From: a virus
Taxonomy: Duplodnaviria; Caudoviricetes
Direction: 5' to 3' (one strand)
IMG/VR virus record: IMGVR_UViG_3300037851_000284
Coordinates: 32,001-96,000 of that record
DNA length: 64,000 nt
Part shown: piece by piece, positions 14,493 through 24,281 of the stretch
How the letters are laid out: each line of letters begins with the position of its first letter
Position numbering within the stretch: position 1 is the first letter of the stretch
Made by a program: the position numbers and the translations under genes
The notes under the pieces: model-generated
Databases searched by the model: none
The model's input: the letters and a program-made list of their open reading frames with translations, nothing else
What the model was told of the DNA's origin: nothing

Positions 14493-16543
14493 AGAAAATA
14501 TCGCCTAAAGTCATAGCTCTGTTAAGTCAATTATCAAAGAGCGGAGCTACCAATCTATATTCGGATAAAACAATAAAGCTCTTATCTCCATGTATATCCA
14601 AAGTGGAATCTTCCCACAAAGTAGATACGAAAAGATCAACCGCAGTAAACCGTCTGATCGACCAACTCCCAGACGGAATATACCCAAGTATGGGAGAGGT
14701 CGCATTATTAATCAAGAACTCCACAAAGGTAATTAATACAAAGTCTGTATCATACTCTCCAATGGTTATTCCGCATAAGGAGTTCCAGCCTTGCAAGGTC
14801 ATGAAACACATGCAAGGGAATATAATAACTGGACGAGATGTTGAAATACAGACAGTCTTACTAACATTATGTAAGAAAAGTAAGAGAGGGACAATATTAA
14901 TAGGTGATCCTGGAGTTGGAAAGACAGCCATAGTTCAGGCTATTAATTCGAAATTAATTGAACGGACAGTTCCTAGACAGCTAATAGGATGCCATATACT
15001 CAACATGGATGTTCCCTACATACTTTCAAAATATAAGGAAGATCCTGTAGGGGTTATAATTGGTATATTGGAAAAGGCGAGCGAATACGACAAGGCAATA
15101 TTATTCATAGATGAAGTTCATCAGCTATTAGGCCATCGGATGAACGATATACTAAAGCCATACCTGACTGAAAAAATAAGATTCATAGGCAGCACCACAA
15201 TAAACGAATATCACTCAATAATAACGGAAGATTCCGCTTTGGAGAGAAGATTTACCATTGTACACGTTAATGAACCAAATGTGGAACAAACAACGGAAAT
15301 GGTCAAGGGAACAAAGTCAGTATTTGAAGAACAACACAAGTGTATGATACCAAATGATATCTGTGATTATCTAGTAAAGACAGGAAGCAGATTTCTTGGA
15401 CATAGAAGGAATCCAGACAAGTCTCTAGATATACTTGATGTGGCCTGTTCAATAATGTATGAGAAAGAGATTCACAGTATATTCAATTCTTTTCATCCAA
15501 CTGGAGATTTCCTAAAGGATATAGAATTAAAGAGAAAACAGCTAGAATCCATGACTGACGTAGCAGGAAATAGAGTACTCGTTGAAGAATATATCAATCT
15601 TGCAATTTCGTCAGTAACTGGAGTAAGCTATACAGATATAGAGAACAGTACCAACTATGATGAAGTTGTATCTGGAATGAAAGGTATGGTATTTGGTCAG
15701 GATAAAGCTATGGAGTCCATCGCTAATGTTGTAAATATATTTAAACACGCAAAATGTGACAGGGAAAGACCAATATCGATTCTATTGACGGTGGGGCCAT
15801 CTGGATGTGGAAAAAAGACATCTGCTCAGCTGCTTGCTAAATATCTATTCGGAAATAAAAACTACTTCATAGATTATGATATGAGTAGTTTCAAAGATGC
15901 TTTTGCTCTAACCGAATTAAAAGGAGCTCCTCCAGGATATGTCGGATATGCAAAGTCTGGAGGTTTAATAAAAGCAGTAAGAACCAATCCTCTTTCTGTC
16001 CTCTATTTTCGAGGAATCAACAATTCTCACGAAGCTATCAGAAAGTATATAATAGATTGTTGCAGAAGTGGGAGAATGGTTGATTCTGCTGAAAGGGAAG
16101 CGAAGCTAAATAATACTATAGTAATATATTCCGTTACCCTATCTGATAAGGAATATGAAGAGCTACAGAAGGGAAAAGCAAGAAAAGGAATGGGGTTCAC
16201 GAAAAATGAGAATCAGCAGACAGAGAGTGAAGTATCAAAGACCTCTCTATCTTCTATTATTGGTGATGATTTAGTGAACTCGTGCGACGAGATAATTTTA
16301 TTTAATAAATTAGAGAAAGCAGACCTAGAGAGAATATATAATTCAAATCTAGACTACTATTTAGATATGTATGGTGTGGATATTGATAAAGATACATTGC
16401 AGAAAGAAGTTTTGTCCACAGCAAAGAATGGACATGATATAATTGCAAGGTTATCGTCAGAAGTACCAAAACAAGTATTCAAAATACTATCAGTTAAGGA
16501 GAAGAAAAATGAAAAAATCAATATTTCCAAAGAGAGTAATTAA
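14477..16543 (+). CDS. ClpA/ClpC-like Hsp100 AAA+ ATPase
   Basis: NBD1 GDPGVGKT, LFIDEVH, IGSTTINEY, ALERRF, PDKSLDILD; NBD2 GPSGCGKKT, GAPPGYVGY; GMGF loop. Confidence 0.9.
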   Translation: MAKGIKKISPKVIALLSQLSKSGATNLYSDKTIKLLSPCISKVESSHKVDTKRSTAVNRLIDQLPDGIYPSMGEVALLIKNSTKVINTKSVSYSPMVIPHKEFQPCKVMKHMQGNIITGRDVEIQTVLLTLCKKSKRGTILIGDPGVGKTAIVQAINSKLIERTVPRQLIGCHILNMDVPYILSKYKEDPVGVIIGILEKASEYDKAILFIDEVHQLLGHRMNDILKPYLTEKIRFIGSTTINEYHSIITEDSALERRFTIVHVNEPNVEQTTEMVKGTKSVFEEQHKCMIPNDICDYLVKTGSRFLGHRRNPDKSLDILDVACSIMYEKEIHSIFNSFHPTGDFLKDIELKRKQLESMTDVAGNRVLVEEYINLAISSVTGVSYTDIENSTNYDEVVSGMKGMVFGQDKAMESIANVVNIFKHAKCDRERPISILLTVGPSGCGKKTSAQLLAKYLFGNKNYFIDYDMSSFKDAFALTELKGAPPGYVGYAKSGGLIKAVRTNPLSVLYFRGINNSHEAIRKYIIDCCRSGRMVDSAEREAKLNNTIVIYSVTLSDKEYEELQKGKARKGMGFTKNENQQTESEVSKTSLSSIIGDDLVNSCDEIILFNKLEKADLERIYNSNLDYYLDMYGVDIDKDTLQKEVLSTAKNGHDIIARLSSEVPKQVFKILSVKEKKNEKINISKESN

Positions 16544-16703
16544 CATGATTCAAAATGGACACAGGAAAGGTCTTTCTGCTTCAGAAATTACTCTACGAAT
16601 CAATGTTTCTAATTTTGTAGCAAAAAGAGGATTATTCTATACAATTCCCTGTATAGCCACAAAGTTAGGAAATATTACAAGAAGCAAGTCAAGATCAAGA
16701 TAA
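16509..16703 (+). CDS. small basic hypothetical protein
   Basis: ATG 16509 overlapping the ClpA-like end. Confidence 0.4.
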   Translation: MKKSIFPKRVINMIQNGHRKGLSASEITLRINVSNFVAKRGLFYTIPCIATKLGNITRSKSRSR

Positions 16704-16766
16704 TCTGCTTCGTGTTTTTATTGATATCTGCACTAATTTATAACCAACTAAGGAGAAAATGAGCAA

Positions 16767-17156
16767 ATGAAAAAAATAGAAATAACCCACGCCGAAGTAG
16801 TGGCGTTCTATGGGACAAACACTGTGTTAGAAGAAGTAAAAGTAGAAAAGGGAACTATAGTTAATTTCAATATTAAGACAAGAATTAATGACAGAGTTTC
16901 TAACAGTCCTGTAATATATGATAAATGTTCTTATTTCGCGTCTTCCGAAGAGCAGCTTGGCAAGATCAAGAAAGTAATAACATTGGGAAATATAGTTGAT
17001 ATAAAAGGTACACACGACAGAACAAAAGGTAAAAAACTAGACAAAGACGGAAAAGTTAAATATTTTGATTCCATAAGAGTGAGAGAAATTGTTTCAATAC
17101 AAGACTCCCCAGCAAGATCCTCAAGCCCAGCTGTGGAAGACGAACTTCCCTTCTAA
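16767..17156 (+). CDS. ssb: single-stranded DNA-binding protein (OB fold)
   Basis: VNFNI...G.IVDIKG pattern and acidic tail VEDELPF. Confidence 0.65.
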   Translation: MKKIEITHAEVVAFYGTNTVLEEVKVEKGTIVNFNIKTRINDRVSNSPVIYDKCSYFASSEEQLGKIKKVITLGNIVDIKGTHDRTKGKKLDKDGKVKYFDSIRVREIVSIQDSPARSSSPAVEDELPF

Positions 17157-17164
17157 GGAGAAAT

Positions 17165-17593
17165 ATGTTTGTAACCAAAGATCCTAAAGAGATTAAATGG
17201 TACTGGTATGACAAGAAGTTACATGCGGTAAGTGTCTCTCTCAACGGAGAATCTCTTGATCTCGAAGAACTATACAAATCGGCCAATAAAATCCTGAAGG
17301 ACAAGGAAGATATGTGTAAAAATATATCCTACCTTGGTCTTGGATTAACTGGAAGTGAAGAAGCAGGATCAGGTTTCCTTCTAGGATGGCTGTTAAGAAG
17401 TATAAAGGGAGACCAACTTTGGGTAATCAATCATACCAAAGAAGATGCTTCGATAGATGAAATAAGAGAGAATGTTGGAAACGCCCTCATTGAGTATGGA
17501 ACAAAAATGAAAGAAGGAAAGATAAACAAAGAAACGGTAGTCAGTACTCCAAATGTTGGAGGAACAGATGGAACAGACCTCTTTAGCAAATAA
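17165..17593 (+). CDS. hypothetical protein
   Basis: 142 aa, AAGGAG RBS. Confidence 0.6.
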   Translation: MFVTKDPKEIKWYWYDKKLHAVSVSLNGESLDLEELYKSANKILKDKEDMCKNISYLGLGLTGSEEAGSGFLLGWLLRSIKGDQLWVINHTKEDASIDEIRENVGNALIEYGTKMKEGKINKETVVSTPNVGGTDGTDLFSK

Positions 17594-18344
17594 AGTTGTG
17601 TCATTACACTTACAGAGCTGTTCCACAGAATGTGGAAATAGCTCTGTATGTTACTTTAGGAAAAGGGAAAAACGATACGATATAAATTTTTTAATAAAGA
17701 CGCGCTCTAGCTTATTATATCCACTATTAAAAAAAGGAATTAGAGTACATGAATCCATAATGTATTTAGAAATGGATTCTGCCATTTTTTTAATGAGTCT
17801 TTTCTCAAATTATAACACTACCTTGTCATCAAGTTTAATTAACAAAACCCTCATAATACCAAGTTTGGTTAAAGACCAGTTTCAGATATCAGTTTATACA
17901 CTAAAGGATATCGAAAAATTTAGAAGCTTTCAAAAATTATTCTTAATGAAAGATTTCCAAAGTTTAGATCTTTCATTAAGAATACTTTCAGGAGAAATTA
18001 ATAATATTGGAAAAATACATCTATTAATAGACAATTGTTTCATAGATGCTAGAAAATCCTTATTATTAATCAAAATGTTGGAAAAAAACAAAGATCCTCG
18101 AATAACGCTAGACCGTTGTTTGTCAGGATGGTTAGTCAATGGACATTGTCCGTATAAGAAAGATTATATAGATATTAACTTTGATGGGACTGTGAGAAAA
18201 TGTCCTTATGCAAAAAAAGGACTGGTTCCAAAAGACTTAAAACTCTCAACTATAGAGAGATTATTAATAGAAGAAATAGATCACTATAAACTCGATCCAG
18301 AATTTATATGCCCGTATAGGGGCATATTTGGAGGAATTAAATGA
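17565..18344 (+). CDS. divergent radical-SAM-like protein with twitch/SPASM-like C-terminus
   Basis: CSTECGNSSVCYF (Cx3Cx5C) and CPY...INFDGTVRKCPY. Confidence 0.45.
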   Translation, partial: QMEQTSLANKVVSLHLQSCSTECGNSSVCYFRKREKRYDINFLIKTRSSLLYPLLKKGIRVHESIMYLEMDSAIFLMSLFSNYNTTLSSSLINKTLIIPSLVKDQFQISVYTLKDIEKFRSFQKLFLMKDFQSLDLSLRILSGEINNIGKIHLLIDNCFIDARKSLLLIKMLEKNKDPRITLDRCLSGWLVNGHCPYKKDYIDINFDGTVRKCPYAKKGLVPKDLKLSTIERLLIEEIDHYKLDPEFICPYRGIFGGIK

Positions 18345-19186
18345 TACCAAAGATACCACTAGTGAAAATGCGGTTGCCAATTGTGGGGACAGAAGCGATA
18401 CTGAATGTAACGGGAGATTTCCATCTCGGAGCAAGTAACGTAGAGAAGTCAGAGATTGTTGATTCCCTTAATAGAGAATCAACAGAACACAAAGGAAACA
18501 TATTCAGGATATTTACTGGAGATCTGATGGAGAACCAGCTAAAGACATCTGTTGGTCATAACTATGACCCATCGATAGCAGATCCATCAGTACAAAAAAC
18601 AGAGGTAGTAGATATACTCAAGAGAACAAATGAAGAGTTGTATGCAAAGGAAAACTGGTCAAAGTTGTCAGTCAACCAGAACGCAAAGAATTTTGAGGGA
18701 GTAAGATCTGTAGGAGTTGAAGGTAATCACGAATACAGGACACGGAAGCTGGCTGGGCAATGGCTCATGAGAGAAGTATGTTCTCTTTCTAAAACTTTAT
18801 ACCTTGGGATTCACTCAATAATTGAGCTGACTATATACAACAAAAAGCTGAAAATGGAGAAAGTATACAGGATATATGTAGCTCATCGTCCTTCAAAGAC
18901 AGATGCTACATCAGTAGAAGCCATATTAAGAGCATTCAGAAGAAAGCAAAGTATGCTTCCTGGAGTGGATGTGATAGTATTTGGTCACTTCCACAGAAGG
19001 TTTATTTCTCCAGAAGGATATTTTGATGCTAGAACAAACGAATTTAGAAAGATTCTATTCGTGACTAATCCTTCTCCGCTGTGTAATCCTGAGTACAGTG
19101 ATGAAGCGGGTTATCCTCCAATAGAAACGGGATTTTCAGTTAATGTAAGTCTACCCCTCTATGGGCAACCATGGGGAGTCATTTAA
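18341..19186 (+). CDS. calcineurin-like metallophosphoesterase
   Basis: GDFHLG, GDLMEN, GNHE, GHFH. Confidence 0.85.
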   Translation: MIPKIPLVKMRLPIVGTEAILNVTGDFHLGASNVEKSEIVDSLNRESTEHKGNIFRIFTGDLMENQLKTSVGHNYDPSIADPSVQKTEVVDILKRTNEELYAKENWSKLSVNQNAKNFEGVRSVGVEGNHEYRTRKLAGQWLMREVCSLSKTLYLGIHSIIELTIYNKKLKMEKVYRIYVAHRPSKTDATSVEAILRAFRRKQSMLPGVDVIVFGHFHRRFISPEGYFDARTNEFRKILFVTNPSPLCNPEYSDEAGYPPIETGFSVNVSLPLYGQPWGVI

Positions 19187-19200
19187 GAAAGAGAGAAACA

Positions 19201-20982
19201 ATGAACAAGACTACTGCTAAGGGAGAAAAGGCGGAGAAGGCGATTCAAGAGGCATTTGAGCCGATCTTCAATCGAATACTTTGCGACGCAGGGATTATCT
19301 TTGTAGATACTCCAGAGGAAACAAGATTAATAAGGGAAATATTGAGAAAGTTTCAAAAGGACTACGTACAGTTCTGGTCAATAGGGCAAGGACTCCATGA
19401 TGTCAACAAAAAGAACATTCATATAGACAGATTCTATCCGTACAAGTTCCCTTCTGCTCAAGCAAGGGTTGGTTCGGGGTCTAATTTTGACACTAGAGTA
19501 TCCCCTCTTAATGTATTTAGTATTATAGAAGAGGACTCCAGAACAAAAATAGTTCCTGAAGGAACGCCAAAGAAAAGGCACATATATGTCCTACGGGATC
19601 TTGATAAGTTTCTAAAAGACCCTGTGGTAATCAGAAGGCTGAAGGATTTGGTTTATCTTTGTGCGACATCGGCTTCAACCATAGTGGTGACGGGTTATGG
19701 AATATCGGTTCCAAACGACATAGAGAAGGATACCACCTATGTGCGACTTCCCTATCCTACAAAGGAAGAGATTCGTGACATAATACTAAAGGACGTAAGA
19801 GCTCAGATTAAAAAACATAATGCTACTCCGAAACCCAGGGAAGACAAGGTTGATGACACAATAGACGATTCATTCAACGATGATGATGTCGCTAGAGCTT
19901 GTCTTGGATTAACTGAAGACCAAATAATAAATGCTCTCCAGTATTCAATGACTACGTTGTATAGGGTGGATATTCCTCTCATTATAGAGGAAAAGAAATC
20001 CATCATAAATAAATCAGATATTCTAGAATATTGGGCTTGTAAGGACAATTTAAAGAATATTGGTGGATTCGGAGAGATAAAGAAATGGTTTAGTATACAG
20101 AAAACCGTAATAACAAATGCTGAAAACGCAGCAAAGTTCAATACAGAACCTCCCAAGGCAATTATGCTACTAGGAGTACAAGGTTCAGGTAAGACTCTCT
20201 GTGCGAAGGCTCTTGCTCAAGATTGGAATGTTGGATTGACAAAACTAGATTTCAGTAAGGTATTTGCTGGTCTAGTTGGTGAATCTGAAAAAAGAATGAG
20301 ACAGGCCCTAATGCAGGTTGATGCTGTTGGCGGTATTGTTGTTATAGACGAACTAGATAAAGGATTATCTGGAGCCGGAAGTTCAGACAAGACAGACGGA
20401 GGAACAACCAATAGAGTAATTGGTACCTTTCTAACGTGGTTGAACGAGGAGCATCCTGGGGTCTTTTTAATTGCTACTGCTAACGATATTTCCAATCTCA
20501 GAAGGAATCATCCTGAACTGTTAAGAAAAGGAAGATTCGATGAAATTTGGTTCTCCGATGTTCCGAATGTAGAGGAGAGAGAAGAAATATTCAAGATCCA
20601 CCTCGAAAAGAGAGGAAGAGATCCAGAGAAATTTGACATAAGGAAACTATCCGAGTATGAATTCACGGATTCCAGCGGACAGACCTATTCCGTAACAGGA
20701 GCGGAGATTGAATCTTCAATCAAGGACGCATTACGGAACAAGTTTGCGTCTAGAGGAGGAAAGGAAATTGAGATAGGATCAAAGGACGATATAAACACAG
20801 AAGATATTATGTCTATGCTTAAGAAAATAAAACCTATCACAATGATTGGGAAAGAAACCATATCATCAATGAGAAAATGGTCGGAGAACAACGCAAACAA
20901 CGTTTCCATCGGAACAACAAAGAAAGATAAGAAAGAAAAAGTACATAAACTTAACCTGAGAACAGACGACGTTAATATATAA
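19201..20982 (+). CDS. Ycf46-like AAA+ ATPase
   Basis: IGGFGEIKKW, GVQGSGKT, GLVGESEKRMR, VIDELDKG, ATAN, LLRKGRFDEIWFSD, TGAEIE. Confidence 0.88.
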   Translation: MNKTTAKGEKAEKAIQEAFEPIFNRILCDAGIIFVDTPEETRLIREILRKFQKDYVQFWSIGQGLHDVNKKNIHIDRFYPYKFPSAQARVGSGSNFDTRVSPLNVFSIIEEDSRTKIVPEGTPKKRHIYVLRDLDKFLKDPVVIRRLKDLVYLCATSASTIVVTGYGISVPNDIEKDTTYVRLPYPTKEEIRDIILKDVRAQIKKHNATPKPREDKVDDTIDDSFNDDDVARACLGLTEDQIINALQYSMTTLYRVDIPLIIEEKKSIINKSDILEYWACKDNLKNIGGFGEIKKWFSIQKTVITNAENAAKFNTEPPKAIMLLGVQGSGKTLCAKALAQDWNVGLTKLDFSKVFAGLVGESEKRMRQALMQVDAVGGIVVIDELDKGLSGAGSSDKTDGGTTNRVIGTFLTWLNEEHPGVFLIATANDISNLRRNHPELLRKGRFDEIWFSDVPNVEEREEIFKIHLEKRGRDPEKFDIRKLSEYEFTDSSGQTYSVTGAEIESSIKDALRNKFASRGGKEIEIGSKDDINTEDIMSMLKKIKPITMIGKETISSMRKWSENNANNVSIGTTKKDKKEKVHKLNLRTDDVNI

Positions 20983-20996
20983 TAAAGGAGTAACAA

Positions 20997-21425
20997 ATGT
21001 CACACAAGACAGAACTGAAGACAGAACTTCGGCACAAAAGGTATCTCACCAAGGCTCTTAAAGACCTAGGATTCACCTTCAAGCAGGCCGAGGGAAACAT
21101 GCTGGTTACCAATGGTAACTATGGAGTCCGCGAGAAGGTGGAAATACTGGTCGAAGGAAATGGAAACATCAACTACAACGGAGCGGTTGGATTCAAGAAA
21201 AATGAAGACGGTACATATACCGCAGTAGGAGATTTCCACGGCCTCCGGACAAGAGACGGAAGATCCGTTTCAGCAGAAATGTTAAAGTGTGAAGTTACTG
21301 CTCATGCCAAAGAAAATGAAGTAAACGAAAGGCTTGCAGCACTAATGTTCACTCTGGATCAGAGTAGCCGAAAGGAAAGCAACCAAGAGATATCCTTTAC
21401 ACTTCAAAGATGGGTCGATACTTAA
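20997..21425 (+). CDS. DUF1257 (Ycf35-like) protein
   Basis: MSHKTELKTE....LTKALKDLG...VGFKKNEDGTYTAVGDF. Confidence 0.75.
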   Translation: MSHKTELKTELRHKRYLTKALKDLGFTFKQAEGNMLVTNGNYGVREKVEILVEGNGNINYNGAVGFKKNEDGTYTAVGDFHGLRTRDGRSVSAEMLKCEVTAHAKENEVNERLAALMFTLDQSSRKESNQEISFTLQRWVDT

Positions 21426-21471
21426 TCCATTTGTTCATATTACAAATTTAACTTTTTAAGGGAGAATAATT

Positions 21472-21672
21472 ATGCCTTATCAAATGGTACACGTAAAAAT
21501 CAACAAAGCCAGCGGAAAGATAACAATCGAGGCTGAGGGATTTAAGGGAACACAGTGTGATGTCATATCCGAAGCTGAGGCTCAATTGGGTACTATAACA
21601 AATACTACTGATAAATCTGAGCGCTATCAGCATGTGCAACCTGATTATGTACCCAACAGACTAGGTGGTTGA
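21472..21672 (+). CDS. DUF2997-like small protein
   Basis: I...GKITIEAEGFKGTQC.....E..LG; ends RLGG. Confidence 0.7.
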   Translation: MPYQMVHVKINKASGKITIEAEGFKGTQCDVISEAEAQLGTITNTTDKSERYQHVQPDYVPNRLGG

Positions 21673-21736
21673 TTTTTCCATAGAAATCAATTAGAATCTC
21701 ACCTCCTTTCATTCTAATTGATCCACCTTCACGGGT

Positions 21737-21770
21737 AAGGGTAGATACCAAGGATGGCTACTACCCTTTT
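21737..21770 (+). terminator. intrinsic terminator
   Basis: AAGGGTAG...CTACCCTTTT. Confidence 0.55.
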
Positions 21771-21775
21771 AAAAT

Positions 21776-22387
21776 ATGTTAAAAGAAATAGTGTCGGATT
21801 TTATCGAAAAGGACAATACTTTAATAACTGCTTCCCCTGGGAATGGAAGTACGGTTATTACTATGTTGTTCGTTAATCTATTATTAAGAGAGAATAAGAC
21901 CATATTATACTATAATCCCACAACGGATATAGACGAACATTTCGTTAAATTAAACTATCCCCTGTTGTCTACAGATTTATTCTTTCATAAGGAAAGTTTG
22001 TCTCTATTGTTACAATTCCTGAAGCATATAAATTATAAAATAGATTACTTGGTCCTAGATTCTGGGGATACGTTGCTCGTTAAACGAGAGTTACTACCAT
22101 TATTGAGACAACAATTATTAAAAAATTGTTGTAAGATAATTGCTACCTCCCAGATAAGACAAGATCCAAATAAAGGAGGACAAGTGTATAGTCCATTGGA
22201 AGTACTCAATAAGAAGTATAACAATGAATTATTTAAGACAAGTATATGGATAAGAGACGTAACAGAACCAACAAGTATATGTAAGTCAAGATATCTAGAC
22301 ATTTATAACAATAACCGTGATGGAAATAACTTCGTCAGAAGATACATAGCAAAATTTGACACCAAAACAGGAATTGTATATGAGTGA
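21776..22387 (+). CDS. degenerate RecA/KaiC-like P-loop protein
   Basis: TLITASPGNGST (Walker A lacks Lys), YLVLDS, ATSQIRQ. Confidence 0.5.
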   Translation: MLKEIVSDFIEKDNTLITASPGNGSTVITMLFVNLLLRENKTILYYNPTTDIDEHFVKLNYPLLSTDLFFHKESLSLLLQFLKHINYKIDYLVLDSGDTLLVKRELLPLLRQQLLKNCCKIIATSQIRQDPNKGGQVYSPLEVLNKKYNNELFKTSIWIRDVTEPTSICKSRYLDIYNNNRDGNNFVRRYIAKFDTKTGIVYE

Positions 22388-22513
22388 AGATCACGAATTA
22401 TGTGTAGAAGTAAAAAACTATCCACATCTTGTACATTTCAATGGATCACATGAAAAACATAAGTAGGAGAGTATTATGAAAATGGTAGATTTGAAAATGT
22501 ATGTGAAAGATTT

Positions 22514-22738
22514 TTGTATGAGACTGTAGTATTTATAAAAATTAAAGAGTGTAGATGTGGATGTGGTGTACTCATACACGATGGAATTCCAAAACTTACT
22601 ATTAGATGTAATACAAGGACTAAGGCATTTAGTCAGCACACAAGTCTAATACAGCAATATATAGCAATTGTAAAAGCTGAACACTTCGATAAGGAAGAAA
22701 TTACTATAAGTAGAATGATTAATCTTAGGAGAAGATAA
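22514..22738 (+). CDS. hypothetical protein
   Basis: CRCGCG; ends INLRRR, coupled to next gene. Confidence 0.45.
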   Translation: MYETVVFIKIKECRCGCGVLIHDGIPKLTIRCNTRTKAFSQHTSLIQQYIAIVKAEHFDKEEITISRMINLRRR

Positions 22739-23151
22739 TGAAAAGAGTTTATACATCTGGAAATATGCCATCACACATAGCAGCGTTTGCAGTACAATTA
22801 CAAGGCAGGTTATCTGGACAAAAAGAGACGGAATTTTGGGAAGCCTCAAGTATTGAAGAATTTGAAAAGAATGCCAGCGAAATAGGGTATGAGATAGTAC
22901 CGTCAATGGACGCATCTACGAATAGATGCTACCTAGTAGGATTCGCTGTAGAGGATCCAGTGGTTGTGGTTGTTAGAGATGCTTATTCCCAGCTTAAGAT
23001 GTATTTTATAGAGATATCCGAACCAGAGTTTCGTGCTTGGGTAAAGAAAATAAAATCTCACAGAGAAGATCAGCAGTTAGATATGATGATGAGAAGAGAA
23101 CAAAGCAAAGCAAATAGAAAACCACTAATCACTGGAGGAACAAATGCTTAA
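22738..23151 (+). CDS. hypothetical protein
   Basis: 137 aa with RBS. Confidence 0.6.
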   Translation: MKRVYTSGNMPSHIAAFAVQLQGRLSGQKETEFWEASSIEEFEKNASEIGYEIVPSMDASTNRCYLVGFAVEDPVVVVVRDAYSQLKMYFIEISEPEFRAWVKKIKSHREDQQLDMMMRREQSKANRKPLITGGTNA

Positions 23152-23737
23152 CATGGGATATTCTATATCGGTGGAAGACGACAATGAACTGAAGAAGTTC
23201 AAAAACAGCGCCGCCTACGGGACCTACTTGAAATCTATAGCAAATTCTCCAGCATTTAAATCGATAATGAAAGAACACATCGATAGAATCGATGTTTCTG
23301 ATGATATTGCTGTTTTGAAAGATCAGGGAAAACTACCAGAAGCAATAAATGCGAAAACGCTGAGTGACCTGTTTAAACAGTCACTGTCTAGAATGGCTAT
23401 ATGTATAGTGGCTGATACCATCATACTAAAAGAACTGGAATCAGTGAATATCCAGGAGGTATTATCTGACATCAGTGCTGATTCCAATATTTGCTATTTG
23501 CTTGGGAAAGCTGATACTAAATACTATGAGCAGGCCAATAAACTACTGGAGAAGGGGGAATTAGAAGAAAATAGCATAGGATATAGAGGACTAGTGAATT
23601 ATCTGAAAAATTCTGGGAAATTCAAAGACCTAAAAATCACAAAAGTCCCTGAAATAAGCCAAGAAGAGAAAAAACCAAGGAAGTTTGAGAAAAAAGCTTC
23701 TACGATAGACCCAGATAGCAATAATATAGTTTTATAA
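23144..23737 (+). CDS. hypothetical protein
   Basis: 197 aa with GGAGG RBS. Confidence 0.65.
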   Translation: MLNMGYSISVEDDNELKKFKNSAAYGTYLKSIANSPAFKSIMKEHIDRIDVSDDIAVLKDQGKLPEAINAKTLSDLFKQSLSRMAICIVADTIILKELESVNIQEVLSDISADSNICYLLGKADTKYYEQANKLLEKGELEENSIGYRGLVNYLKNSGKFKDLKITKVPEISQEEKKPRKFEKKASTIDPDSNNIVL

Positions 23738-23746
23738 CGGAGAAAT

Positions 23747-23998
23747 ATGGATATACAAGTAAAAGAGGAAACATTAGGAGAATGTAACATAACAACTTAT
23801 ATAGATATCGATAAAGATGCTCAGTATCTTATAAAATCGCTTTGTATATTACAAATCCTCTGCATGAATTCTAGGGAAGATGAGAAGAAAAGCAGAGAAT
23901 TCTATGAAATATTAAAAGAAGCAACAGATAAAGCATCAAAATTATTTAATCAGGATAAGGAAGATTTAGATATAGATGCAACAGCTCAATTCCGTTAG
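23747..23998 (+). CDS. hypothetical protein
   Basis: 83 aa with GGAG RBS. Confidence 0.5.
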   Translation: MDIQVKEETLGECNITTYIDIDKDAQYLIKSLCILQILCMNSREDEKKSREFYEILKEATDKASKLFNQDKEDLDIDATAQFR

Positions 23999-24281
23999 TA
24001 TCACGTCTACATATTTTATTGATAAAATAGAGGATTTGATTGTTAAGCTTGCCAAAGCTTTATCTTTAGAACATAGCATACCCATCGATTCCGCTAAAGT
24101 AATGGCTCGCCAAATAATACAAAGAAGACTAAATTCTCTATTAACTGAGGAAGAGAAGAAAGGTATTGAAAATATAACCAATACCATTAAAGAGGACCTA
24201 AAAAGATTTAATGGTACCGCTGGACAACTTCTTAATTGTGAGAAAGTATACGAATTGCTAAAAACTATGGAGTTACTATGA
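23976..24281 (+). CDS. hypothetical protein
   Basis: 101 aa, coupled to next gene. Confidence 0.5.
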   Translation: MQQLNSVSITSTYFIDKIEDLIVKLAKALSLEHSIPIDSAKVMARQIIQRRLNSLLTEEEKKGIENITNTIKEDLKRFNGTAGQLLNCEKVYELLKTMELL

